IMG/VR virus record: IMGVR_UViG_3300027969_000040
DNA: 64,000 nucleotides
Direction: 5' to 3' (one strand)
Origin: a virus
Lineage: Duplodnaviria > Caudoviricetes
Shown here piece by piece: positions 17,818 to 27,378 of this stretch. Numbering within the stretch: the stretch's first letter is position 1; every line of letters begins with the position of its first letter. The notes below the pieces were generated by a model. It was not told the DNA's origin. It worked only from the letters and a program-made list of their open reading frames with translations, and ran no database searches. Position numbers and translations under genes: made by a program.

Positions 17818-20800
17818 TATTTAATTTCAAAGTTGTAACTACCAATATGATTACATAAAATAGAAGTATCAGCAAAGATGCCGAATCCTTTAGCTAATGC
17901 TTTTTTACAAAAATCAACATCTTCAGAAATTGTATTACTGTGACTAATGGCTGGATGATATTCAAATTGCGGGTATCCAACGTGTTGAAATACTTGTTTC
18001 TTAACTAATACACAGCCAAATCCACAACTGGCAATACTTACTAAACCTTGATTTTTTAATCTATCATACGGAATGTTTACAACGCCACCAAATTGATTGT
18101 GTTCGTAAATTTCCACTGTTTGTGTACCAGGAATACGTTGTATATATAATCCAGAGACTATATCTTTGTCATGTGCTAATAATTTTTGTAGTGTGTTTTT
18201 TTCAAACGATATATCACTATCAACACTAAACAAATAATCAAATCCAGTAACTACCCAATCTGCTATTAGATTGCGTACTTGATCTACACGATATCCAAAA
18301 AAGTATTGGAATGTTACTTCGCAATCATCTGGAACAATTAAATCATATATGCTTTTAAATGTCTCTGGCTCTATGTATTTGGCTGTTGGTATAGCTATTA
18401 AAATTCTTTTCTTATTTGGAATAGGCATGGTATTTTTATTTGTTAATGGGTTAACTTGTTGATACACTATAGTCTCTTTATCTAGAAATCCGCCTGTGAT
18501 ACTAGTATCAGATGTAGTTACAGCAAATGGTGTATGAAATATTACATTTGTTATTAGATAATTAGTTTTATTACGACTCAATTGCAAATCAAATATATAA
18601 TTGTCACCATAATATATTTGCAATCCCTCTGGTATTGGTTGCCATGAATCTTTGTGCATAAACATTAAACATCCAAATCCGTATGTGTGTTGGTTAGTCC
18701 AAGGAATAATATCAATGGTGCCATCGACGTACAGAGGCTGATTAAAATCTGATACCCCCGGAGATAACCCAAATACGCCTACATCCGGAGTAATTAAATC
18801 TTGTAATTTTTCAAATAAACTCATATCAAACAGCACATCATCATTGACAATGCATATACGTTCGTTACGACTAATTTCTAAACCAACATTCCACGCAGGA
18901 TTAACATAAATGTTTTTACCAAAATCTTTTATTTTTATTTTTTCATGCAACAACCGAGGTGTTTGTGTATTGTCATTATCAATAATAATAATCTCATCCA
19001 CAGCAGGATGTGAACATAGCTGATTAATAAAAGAAACAAATTGTTCTTTTAATCTCCACATAGTAGGCACTACAATAGAATATTTCTTTATATCTGGTAT
19101 CATATATGATTCACTTTTTTTGTTAATAATAGCATTTGCTGTAGCAGTTTGTTCCTTGCTATTCACTTTATAATCATTTAATGGATTGGCATCATTGTAA
19201 TTATAAACTATTTGTTGTAAACATTTTACTTGTGCAGGATCTGCTGCTTCTATTAGACTATAAAAAGTAGATCCATCGCCGCCGGCTTTGAACCATTTAC
19301 CAGTACTATCTTGGAAATTACTATCTGGAATGTCCTCAATAAGATATTTCCTAAACGTTCGTAAATGCGTGTACGGTAATATCCAATTGAAATGATGTTG
19401 TCTATATGATTTGGCTTGTTTGACAGACTCTGGGTATGGCTGGCTGATCAACGGTATAGTATCAACCATACTCCAGCATGATCCATATGTAAATTCAGTT
19501 GAGCCGTCGTATATGGCATTGTAATAATTGAATATAGTATTATCATTGATTAGACTATCGTCGCCGTCGAGTATCATTACTATAGCATTAGGATTCTCTA
19601 TTTCTCTAATAGATGCAACTTGATTATATACTGCACCTAAGCGTTCGTTATTTGATACTATATCAAAACGGTTGCGTAAGTATTCGGGCAATGCATCTAT
19701 AGTAGCAAGTACAACCTCAACTGTATTGTCGGTTGATTTATCATCAATTAAAATATGTTGATAGTTATCATAATCTTGTGCAGCTACACTTTCAATACAA
19801 CGTGCTATATAATCTTGACAATTATAAAACGTGCTTACAATAATTATTTCTTGCTCTGCTCCAGTTTTATAATTTTCTAATTCAATCGAGTTATGATATC
19901 TACGCTGCCAAACTTTATGAACTTGTCGATTTATTTTTGTTACTTGTTGATATTGTTGCCTCGACAAGTACTTGCCGGCTCGATGAAAAAAGAGTTGTTT
20001 CCATTGCAATGCTACAGTATCCCAACCAGCTAAAGGTTTTATAATGTTACAATAATATTGTTTTTGTTGATGCAGGTATGTATCATTGTAGGCTCTTACA
20101 GTCATTGCCACAAATTGATCAATTTGCTGTGCTGTGTTGACATCAGGAAATAAACTATTAGGTTCAATTGGATAATCAATTAAGTAGCTGGCACCTTCAA
20201 GTGCTACTTCTTCTGCTGCACCAAATCTACAGGTGATAACCGGGGTATTGTACAATAAACTTTCTAATATAGATATACCAAACGTTTCTGGAAATGCGCA
20301 AGGGTATATCATAAAGTTTGATTGCGCCAGGATTGATCCGATTTGTTGTTGCGGTATCACTCCTAAAAATTCTATTCCCCAATTGGTATACTTAGGATCA
20401 GCAACCATTCGTCGCCAATCTTGTTCTTGTGCGTCTGGTTCTGATGCTGAACTGAATCTATAATAACCACCGATTATTTTTAATCTAGCTTCTGGAATCT
20501 GCGCTTTAACTCTAGGCCAAATTTCATTCACTAATGGTATCATACCTTTAGTTACACTGGCATTATAAACAAATAGGTTTCGATCTTTAGCAGCAATATC
20601 CACTTCGGGTACATAACAATTGGCACCATTGCGTGTTATAAACAGTTTACGCTTTAATACTTCAAAGTTTCTTCTACGACCATGATTACAATTGGCTACA
20701 TAGGTTAAGTGAAAGTCACTGAGTGTAAATATATCTGTGATGCGATTGGATACTACTAATTCTTCTATTAGGTTATCACCTAAACAAAAAGTATCGTGCA

Positions 20801-21176
20801 TCCACAATATGCGCATCTTTGCTTGAGCTAGGATTCTCTGGTATAAGTTATATGGTTGTAATGCAAATGCTCTATTATCTTGCAATTTGTGGTAATCAAT
20901 CGAATCCACAAACGGAATCACAGTTCGACTACTAATAACAATATCAAATGAATGCTCTAAAGCTAGATCAGTGAGCGGACAGTATGTAACTAAATCATAC
21001 ACACCGGCTTGTGATTGATCTATGTTACAATTATTAAATACCGTAACATCAAATCCAATTTGTGCTAGTTCCCGTGCCATAAAGGTTACAGCACTTTCAG
21101 ATCCACCGAGACCTTGTTTAAACACAGTAGTTCCATCGTATGGTAGACCGATGATATCAATAATAGCAATTTTCAT
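17817..21176 (-). CDS. Four-domain glycosyltransferase polyprotein (one GT-B/GT4-like plus three GT-A/GT2-like domains)
   Basis: GT4-like ETFGISILE (E-x7-E). GT2-like IIVSTFYN..YIARCIESV..Q...IDD.STD...LDGDD. A second GT2-like IVVPTMW...IIIIDND...IVNDD. A third GT-A ILIAIP...FSVDSDI...GFGCVLV...SEDVDFC. Confidence 0.88.
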   Translation of the reverse strand: MKIAIIDIIGLPYDGTTVFKQGLGGSESAVTFMARELAQIGFDVTVFNNCNIDQSQAGVYDLVTYCPLTDLALEHSFDIVISSRTVIPFVDSIDYHKLQDNRAFALQPYNLYQRILAQAKMRILWMHDTFCLGDNLIEELVVSNRITDIFTLSDFHLTYVANCNHGRRRNFEVLKRKLFITRNGANCYVPEVDIAAKDRNLFVYNASVTKGMIPLVNEIWPRVKAQIPEARLKIIGGYYRFSSASEPDAQEQDWRRMVADPKYTNWGIEFLGVIPQQQIGSILAQSNFMIYPCAFPETFGISILESLLYNTPVITCRFGAAEEVALEGASYLIDYPIEPNSLFPDVNTAQQIDQFVAMTVRAYNDTYLHQQKQYYCNIIKPLAGWDTVALQWKQLFFHRAGKYLSRQQYQQVTKINRQVHKVWQRRYHNSIELENYKTGAEQEIIIVSTFYNCQDYIARCIESVAAQDYDNYQHILIDDKSTDNTVEVVLATIDALPEYLRNRFDIVSNNERLGAVYNQVASIREIENPNAIVMILDGDDSLINDNTIFNYYNAIYDGSTEFTYGSCWSMVDTIPLISQPYPESVKQAKSYRQHHFNWILPYTHLRTFRKYLIEDIPDSNFQDSTGKWFKAGGDGSTFYSLIEAADPAQVKCLQQIVYNYNDANPLNDYKVNSKEQTATANAIINKKSESYMIPDIKKYSIVVPTMWRLKEQFVSFINQLCSHPAVDEIIIIDNDNTQTPRLLHEKIKIKDFGKNIYVNPAWNVGLEISRNERICIVNDDVLFDMSLFEKLQDLITPDVGVFGLSPGVSDFNQPLYVDGTIDIIPWTNQHTYGFGCLMFMHKDSWQPIPEGLQIYYGDNYIFDLQLSRNKTNYLITNVIFHTPFAVTTSDTSITGGFLDKETIVYQQVNPLTNKNTMPIPNKKRILIAIPTAKYIEPETFKSIYDLIVPDDCEVTFQYFFGYRVDQVRNLIADWVVTGFDYLFSVDSDISFEKNTLQKLLAHDKDIVSGLYIQRIPGTQTVEIYEHNQFGGVVNIPYDRLKNQGLVSIASCGFGCVLVKKQVFQHVGYPQFEYHPAISHSNTISEDVDFCKKALAKGFGIFADTSILCNHIGSYNFEIK

Positions 21177-21180
21177 AGTG

Positions 21181-21186
21181 TATTTA
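21181..21186 (-). promoter_or_regulatory. Late promoter core TAAATA directly before the glycosyltransferase operon
   Basis: TTAAATACACTATG: the promoter core is 4 nt before the ATG. Confidence 0.55.
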
Positions 21187-21218
21187 AGTATACACTCATT
21201 GCTGCAAAAAATAAACCT

Positions 21219-22799
21219 TTAATAAACGTTTTGTGGATTATACGGATTAGTTCCCGTTTGACCTTTAACAATGAATCCAGTTTTAATTGATGCTAGTCTA
21301 GGATCGTTTGCAGGGGTTACCGCTTCAATCGTTTGGTAATTGGTTGGATTAACATTACTGGCCACAAAGTTTTTATCCGAATTAACTAACATAAATTCAG
21401 GCTGTGCATTAACTATAATAATATTTGGATTAATATTTGTTACCGAATTTACATTAGCACCATTTGCAACAAAATATCGAGAACTCGATACTGTCGGATT
21501 GCTAAACTCATAAGCTACCCGTTGATTAAGCGTAGATTGCGGAGTTATGTAATTGATAGGACTAATTACTGTAACTGAAACAGGTATGTCATATACGCCA
21601 GATTTAGATGCTGTGCCAGTAGTTAGTATGCTAGCATTTGGATTCAGCATGGCACCGGTTGGATTTGTATAGGTATTGACTGGGCTGCCAGATGCTAGTA
21701 CATTTGATGTAATATCTCCGTAGGGTATATTCAATCCACCGTTGAAATACAATCGCGAGTAATTGTAATAATTGTTTACTGCGGCTACAGTGGATGTAAG
21801 TGGTGGTACTATAGTAGAGTATGTTGCCACCCCAACGTTGGTAATAGTATTATTGTTAGAACTTGAATCAGTTAACAACGCACCACTGGAATTAAACTGC
21901 AATAATAATTGTGTATTGCTGATATTAGTCAATGGTATTGTTGGTGTAAAGTTTGCGGTATATACAATAGATTTAGTTATACGCACATTAGTTATTTGAC
22001 CGTTAAATTGACCGGTGGCCGTTGTAAACCCAATACCCAATGTGTTTGTTGGTGCAGATGCGCTATAAGCAAATGCTACGTTAGCAGCAGTACCTGCCAG
22101 GTTACCATTTACATAAATATTTGATCTTTTTGTACTGCTGGCAAAAGTTGTTGCTACATGATACCAGCCCCCGGTGGCAACAGCACTATTAGCATAAGTC
22201 CATGTGTTATTAGTTGATACACCTCTGGTATAAACTACTGTCACTGCGCCCACTGTGGGATTGTTTATTGACAACTCAAATCCAATGGATGTAGTTACTC
22301 CACTGGTGCCTAATAGATTTTGATATGTTGTTGCTCTGCTATAGTACCAACATTCTATTGTATAATCCTGCAACCCATTATGTAGGTAAGTCCATGTAGC
22401 TGCTGTATTTGCTGTCAGTGATTGAGTAGTACCGTTAAGTAGCACACTACCGCTGGCTAATCCTGCGCCTGCAATAACAGCCTGGCCACCAACATTATTG
22501 TTAGTTAATTCTAATGCTGGTAGCAGAGGCGTACTGATAGCGTTGGCCTGATTGCTATAGGCAAACGTAGTATTACCAAAACGGCTAACTGAATCTGCGG
22601 TTTGTATTACGTTAGCTAATTCAGATCTAGTATATCTTTGCCCTACTCCTACATTGCTACTGGTTTTTATAACAGTCTCAAGCGGCACTATGTCGCCTGC
22701 TGTATTAATGCCAGCTATAGACGATGGATCATACTTGGTAACAATAGTAACAATTTGATTTACTATTAGATCTACAGAAGTTATTTGACTAAACGACAT
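21219..22799 (-). CDS. Virion accessory protein with one LamG/ConA-like domain
   Basis: LamG signature YTIECW...WYHVA...IYVNG...FNGQITNVRI; TAAATA at 22804-22809. Confidence 0.75.
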   Translation of the reverse strand: MSFSQITSVDLIVNQIVTIVTKYDPSSIAGINTAGDIVPLETVIKTSSNVGVGQRYTRSELANVIQTADSVSRFGNTTFAYSNQANAISTPLLPALELTNNNVGGQAVIAGAGLASGSVLLNGTTQSLTANTAATWTYLHNGLQDYTIECWYYSRATTYQNLLGTSGVTTSIGFELSINNPTVGAVTVVYTRGVSTNNTWTYANSAVATGGWYHVATTFASSTKRSNIYVNGNLAGTAANVAFAYSASAPTNTLGIGFTTATGQFNGQITNVRITKSIVYTANFTPTIPLTNISNTQLLLQFNSSGALLTDSSSNNNTITNVGVATYSTIVPPLTSTVAAVNNYYNYSRLYFNGGLNIPYGDITSNVLASGSPVNTYTNPTGAMLNPNASILTTGTASKSGVYDIPVSVTVISPINYITPQSTLNQRVAYEFSNPTVSSSRYFVANGANVNSVTNINPNIIIVNAQPEFMLVNSDKNFVASNVNPTNYQTIEAVTPANDPRLASIKTGFIVKGQTGTNPYNPQNVY

Positions 22800-22814
22800 A
22801 ATGTATTTAACTGG

Positions 22815-25800
22815 TTATAAGTACTGATCGGGCTCAGTTGAATCATCCTGGGTACCAGTTTTAGTGATATATGTAGCCTTTAATGTCAGCTTCCTTGGAT
22901 CATTGGTAGTGGTTATTGGTTGTGCATATTGATAATTAAACGGTTTATCGTAAGTAGCCGGAAACGCTGGGTCACTGTTACGCAACATCCATTCTGCTTG
23001 ATAGTTAACAGTTATGTTGATGTCTGTTGAACCTACTATGTTATTTCCATCCACAGGTGCTCGGGCTATAGTGACTAAAGCGGTGTTGTTATTTGTTGGA
23101 TACTCGTAGATGACATTTGAGTTTGCGTTTGTTGGTCCGTACCCTAATGTATTGTATACTTGTTGATCAATGGTGTTATCAAGCACAATCACGTCTACGT
23201 TTGATCCAATTGCAGTGGTATTTGTAGATTGTAGATTGCCAAGGTAGACTAGATTAAGTGGACTGATGTATGGATATGTATAGGTGCTAGATGTAGTTGA
23301 ATATACCAGCGCAAATGCACCATTTGCTCCCCATCCACGTGAGGTATCCAGTGAACTAGTAACGCCTCCACCACCTCCACCACCGTAGAGTCCGCCATTG
23401 CTGCCAAATCCGGGCTGTGCTCCATTACCAGTTAGGCCAAGCGTAACTTCTGGACCACCACCGGTGCCGGGTTGACCTGCTGCGCCTCCTGCACCAGAAT
23501 ATCCACCTGGGCCCCAAATGTCTACTCCGCCACCACCTCCGCCAAATGTTGCACTAGAGCCACCACCTCCCCCACCACCGCCGATGCCGTAGCTGCCAGC
23601 TGCTAGCGACGAACCCGCTGCGCCGTTACCGCCAAAGCCCAGGTAACCTGCTGCACCACCACCTCCGCCGGCGTAAGGTCCACCGTTGCCGCCTGCACTG
23701 CCAATTGAGATATTAGCAGCTATAGTAAATGTTCCTGCTGTGGTAAATGTGTGTATGGTATATCCGCCGATTGATGTTACTGTACCGCCGGTGGCTATTT
23801 GTGTGCCTAGATAGCGCATGATGACTATGCCCGAACCACCCCAACCACCCGAGCCGCCGCCGCCGCCGGTATATGGCGAGCCATTGGCAGTTGCGTTAAC
23901 AGTACCAGTGCTGCCTGTGTATCCTGTAACTTGTGTTGCTGCCCATACACTGTTGTCGCCCTGGCCGCCGCCGCCTAGGCCACCCGAACTCAATAGATAC
24001 CCTGCATTGAGTGGGTAGCCAGCACTGCTGCCGCCGCCTGCATAGTATGTGGGTACGCCACTTATCGTGTATTGGCGACCTATTCCACCATTGGCAGTAC
24101 CCACAGAGACACTGTCACCCGCACCGCCTGCGCCACCACCACCTCCACCATAGGGTTGAACTGCGCCACCAACACCGCCTGTGTTGCCAAAGCCGGTATT
24201 GGTATAAGCCGTACCGTTGTAGTAGCTGGTAGTAGGCTGACTCGAAGATAAGGCTGTGTAACCAGGATACCAGCTGGCACCGCCGCTGCCACCCGAGTTA
24301 GCGTTGGGTGTAGAATCGTTAAATCCACCCCCACCACCACCATAGGCAATTACGCCGCGGACGGGGTCTATAAATGGTACAACATCGGTTTTGATTAATG
24401 GCGTGCCGGTGTTGATGGTGTATGTGTAACCGTATAGATAGTTGTTCGCACTGTTGTCTTTGTAGGTGCTGCTTTGTAGTACTAGTAGATTAGTTCTATT
24501 ATCTATATTGCCAGTGATAGCAGCAATGTTTCCCGACACAGTTTGAGTTGCGGCAAATGGTCTAGTGGGTGGAGTAAATGCGCCGGTATATACCATTCCT
24601 CTGGTAAAACGGAAGTTACTTAAATATCCAAGAAAATATTCACTACCGGTCCTAACACCGCCAATAATCATGGGTTCAGTATTGGTGGTGATAGTGACTG
24701 CGCTTGTGTATACTTGCGTCCCGTTTACATAGATAACAATATTGGTTCCAGTGTAAACCCAGGCACAGTGGCTCCAGGTGTTGGCAGTTAATGTTGTTGT
24801 GCTTTCGTAATTGGTTCCGTTATAGAAACTGATAACACCACTGGTCAATCGCAGGTAACCCTCATATTCGGTAGTGGCTGTGGCATTTACACGTTTGGCA
24901 AATACGGTCCTATAAGTACTATAGTCACCCGAAGGATTGACCCAACATTCTGCTGTCCATCCAGCAACGGGTTGCAGTAACAGGCTGGTTTGTGAGCCCG
25001 TAATGGCTGCTATATTTGCGCCACTGGAACTTTGAGTAATAGTTAATGGGGCAGTGGGTACTGTAAAATTGCCAGTGTAGACTGCTGCACCTTTGACTAT
25101 ACGTAGATTGGATATGTAACCAGTTGTTAAAAAAGTTGCTCCTGCGATACCGTTAATTTGTAGTGCCTGTGATGCGACTGATATGTTTGTAGAAATACCA
25201 GCGTTTGTGGATACTGATGTGCCATTGGAATACAATGTCAGTGTAGTACCATTTCTAACCGCAGCTACATGTATCCATGTGTTTATGGATAATCCCCCAC
25301 CGCCTTGATAAAATGTTGCTGTTGTTCCATCTGAAACACCGAATCTTAAATTAGTAGCAGTAGGACTGCCTTGTGTAAAAACCCAAGAGCTGGTTGCTGC
25401 GGTACCAGTCCATGGACCAACAAACGCACCAGCAACCAAAGCTGTAGTTATATAAACCCAACACTCAACAGTAAAACTACCAGTGCCATATGCAAAGGCG
25501 GCGTTTGCTGTTACCGTTAAATATTGGCTACCAGCAAAACTTATACTGTTTACAGTGCCCAATGGTGTAATTGCAGGTGCTGTTGCAATCACGTTTGGTA
25601 TTGATGCTGTACTGGTCACGGTAAATTGATTAACACTGGTATCAACAGCAGGTACTGTAGTCAGTGCTGTTGAGTTGGTGTACTGCAACAGGGTTGCACC
25701 ATTGAAGTAGACGCTGGCGTATCCATCAGTTGACGGTGTGGTCTGTGAAAATATGCTGGGACTTACGCTGCCGTAATATTTTACGATTGGTAAGTTATAT

Positions 25801-27332
25801 GGACCATTGTCGACTAATGTGCTGTTCTGCAAAGTCAACATTGTCGTGCCTGCAATGTTGGACAAGTTAGTGGTCTGTGGTGTAAAGTTGGCAGTATAAA
25901 CTGCTGTGCCATTTACGGTACGCAAATTGGAAATGTAAACGTTAGCCGAATATGTGTTCTGTCCAGTAGCAGCACCATCTCTTAAATTACCAATCCATAT
26001 GCTACTGCTGGTTTGAGCAATGTTGGCACCGGCACCACTAGCCGCAGCCACTGAGGTAACGTCTTGATATCCGTTTATGTATAGATAAACATTTCCATTT
26101 TGTCGAGTGGCCGCCACATGTGTCCACTGCCCGGTTGGAACACGCATACTACTGGTAGCTCTAGTGGTTGCGCCGGTTCCCCAGAAGAAATCAAGGCTGG
26201 TGCCGTTAAGTCCAAACGCCCAAGGCTGAGCTAGTGCGCCGGTTCTGGTATCAACAATGCCGGTGTAGGTGGCTCCATAAGCATTGAGATAGATCCATGC
26301 TTCTACTGTAAAGTCATTGAAAAAGAATGTTAGAGGGTAAACTGCCGATACCACCGATGGTACAGTTGTGCTAAAAGTGGCTGCGTTAACATTGTTTACT
26401 ACAGTGTTATTAACGCTAGCGTCTACTAGTTTATTAGCATCACTCTTAACCGATAGCAATAATGATGTACCAGTAACAATGCCAAGCGGCACCCGAGGAC
26501 TAAAGGCTGCGGTATATACTGCTGTACCTTTAACAATACGGAAATTGGTGATTAATCCATTAAAATATCTAGTAGAGCCGTCGGCAACACTACTACCTAT
26601 AGTCAATGTGTTGTTATCAGTATTACTCATGGTGAATGCCGTAGTAAATGGAGTACCGGCTACTGCGCCATTTACCCATGCAGTAAAGTTGGTTCCGCTG
26701 CGTACTAGAGCAAAATGATGCCAAGTATTGATGGCAAAAGTACCAGATGGGAAGTTAATGTTGGCACCTGCTGCGCCGCCATCACCAACAATAAATTGTC
26801 CACCAGATCCGCTCATGAATGCTGCATATGATGGGTTGAAAGAACTGGTAGTACCACCTTTCCAAAAGAAAACTTGTTCGCCTGTCACTGACCGAGGATA
26901 CACCCATAACTCAACTGTCCAGTTTCCTGCACCTGCTGCCAGATCAAGCGGACCACTAGTAGTTCCGGTTATTGACAAATACTGTGAGGTTCCGCTGAAA
27001 CTCAAACTGCCAGCTGCAGATGTTGTGACATTAGATGTTGTGGTTGCAACAGTAAGATAATCAAAAGTGCTATAACCATTAAACCAGTGACTGTATGTGG
27101 GCACGTAAGGCAGTATAGCACTATCGCCGCCGCGAGCCGAAACATTGCCGCCGCTGCCAACTATGACGTTGGCTGTGGATCCAGCTGGTATCCGTAGATT
27201 ACCAATGTAAACTAATCCCCCTGCTCCGCCACCTGCGCCACGCAGGTTATAGTTTGTGCCGCCGCCACCGCCGCCGGCTACTACCAGTGTTTCGACTGTG
27301 ACGTTTGATGAAAATGAGCTACTTATTGTCAT
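22815..27332 (-). CDS. Glycine-rich fibre/accessory protein with four LamG domains arranged as two nested pairs
   Basis: Four ..ISN.R....VYT..F.P motifs; Gly-rich LVVAGGGGGG...GGSGIVIMRY domain; TAAATA at 27339-27344. Confidence 0.8.
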   Translation of the reverse strand: MTISSSFSSNVTVETLVVAGGGGGGTNYNLRGAGGGAGGLVYIGNLRIPAGSTANVIVGSGGNVSARGGDSAILPYVPTYSHWFNGYSTFDYLTVATTTSNVTTSAAGSLSFSGTSQYLSITGTTSGPLDLAAGAGNWTVELWVYPRSVTGEQVFFWKGGTTSSFNPSYAAFMSGSGGQFIVGDGGAAGANINFPSGTFAINTWHHFALVRSGTNFTAWVNGAVAGTPFTTAFTMSNTDNNTLTIGSSVADGSTRYFNGLITNFRIVKGTAVYTAAFSPRVPLGIVTGTSLLLSVKSDANKLVDASVNNTVVNNVNAATFSTTVPSVVSAVYPLTFFFNDFTVEAWIYLNAYGATYTGIVDTRTGALAQPWAFGLNGTSLDFFWGTGATTRATSSMRVPTGQWTHVAATRQNGNVYLYINGYQDVTSVAAASGAGANIAQTSSSIWIGNLRDGAATGQNTYSANVYISNLRTVNGTAVYTANFTPQTTNLSNIAGTTMLTLQNSTLVDNGPYNLPIVKYYGSVSPSIFSQTTPSTDGYASVYFNGATLLQYTNSTALTTVPAVDTSVNQFTVTSTASIPNVIATAPAITPLGTVNSISFAGSQYLTVTANAAFAYGTGSFTVECWVYITTALVAGAFVGPWTGTAATSSWVFTQGSPTATNLRFGVSDGTTATFYQGGGGLSINTWIHVAAVRNGTTLTLYSNGTSVSTNAGISTNISVASQALQINGIAGATFLTTGYISNLRIVKGAAVYTGNFTVPTAPLTITQSSSGANIAAITGSQTSLLLQPVAGWTAECWVNPSGDYSTYRTVFAKRVNATATTEYEGYLRLTSGVISFYNGTNYESTTTLTANTWSHCAWVYTGTNIVIYVNGTQVYTSAVTITTNTEPMIIGGVRTGSEYFLGYLSNFRFTRGMVYTGAFTPPTRPFAATQTVSGNIAAITGNIDNRTNLLVLQSSTYKDNSANNYLYGYTYTINTGTPLIKTDVVPFIDPVRGVIAYGGGGGGFNDSTPNANSGGSGGASWYPGYTALSSSQPTTSYYNGTAYTNTGFGNTGGVGGAVQPYGGGGGGAGGAGDSVSVGTANGGIGRQYTISGVPTYYAGGGSSAGYPLNAGYLLSSGGLGGGGQGDNSVWAATQVTGYTGSTGTVNATANGSPYTGGGGGSGGWGGSGIVIMRYLGTQIATGGTVTSIGGYTIHTFTTAGTFTIAANISIGSAGGNGGPYAGGGGGAAGYLGFGGNGAAGSSLAAGSYGIGGGGGGGGSSATFGGGGGGVDIWGPGGYSGAGGAAGQPGTGGGPEVTLGLTGNGAQPGFGSNGGLYGGGGGGGVTSSLDTSRGWGANGAFALVYSTTSSTYTYPYISPLNLVYLGNLQSTNTTAIGSNVDVIVLDNTIDQQVYNTLGYGPTNANSNVIYEYPTNNNTALVTIARAPVDGNNIVGSTDINITVNYQAEWMLRNSDPAFPATYDKPFNYQYAQPITTTNDPRKLTLKATYITKTGTQDDSTEPDQYL

Positions 27333-27378
27333 ACTAGTTATTTAACTGAAAACAAATGTCACTATTTCACCCATAACA

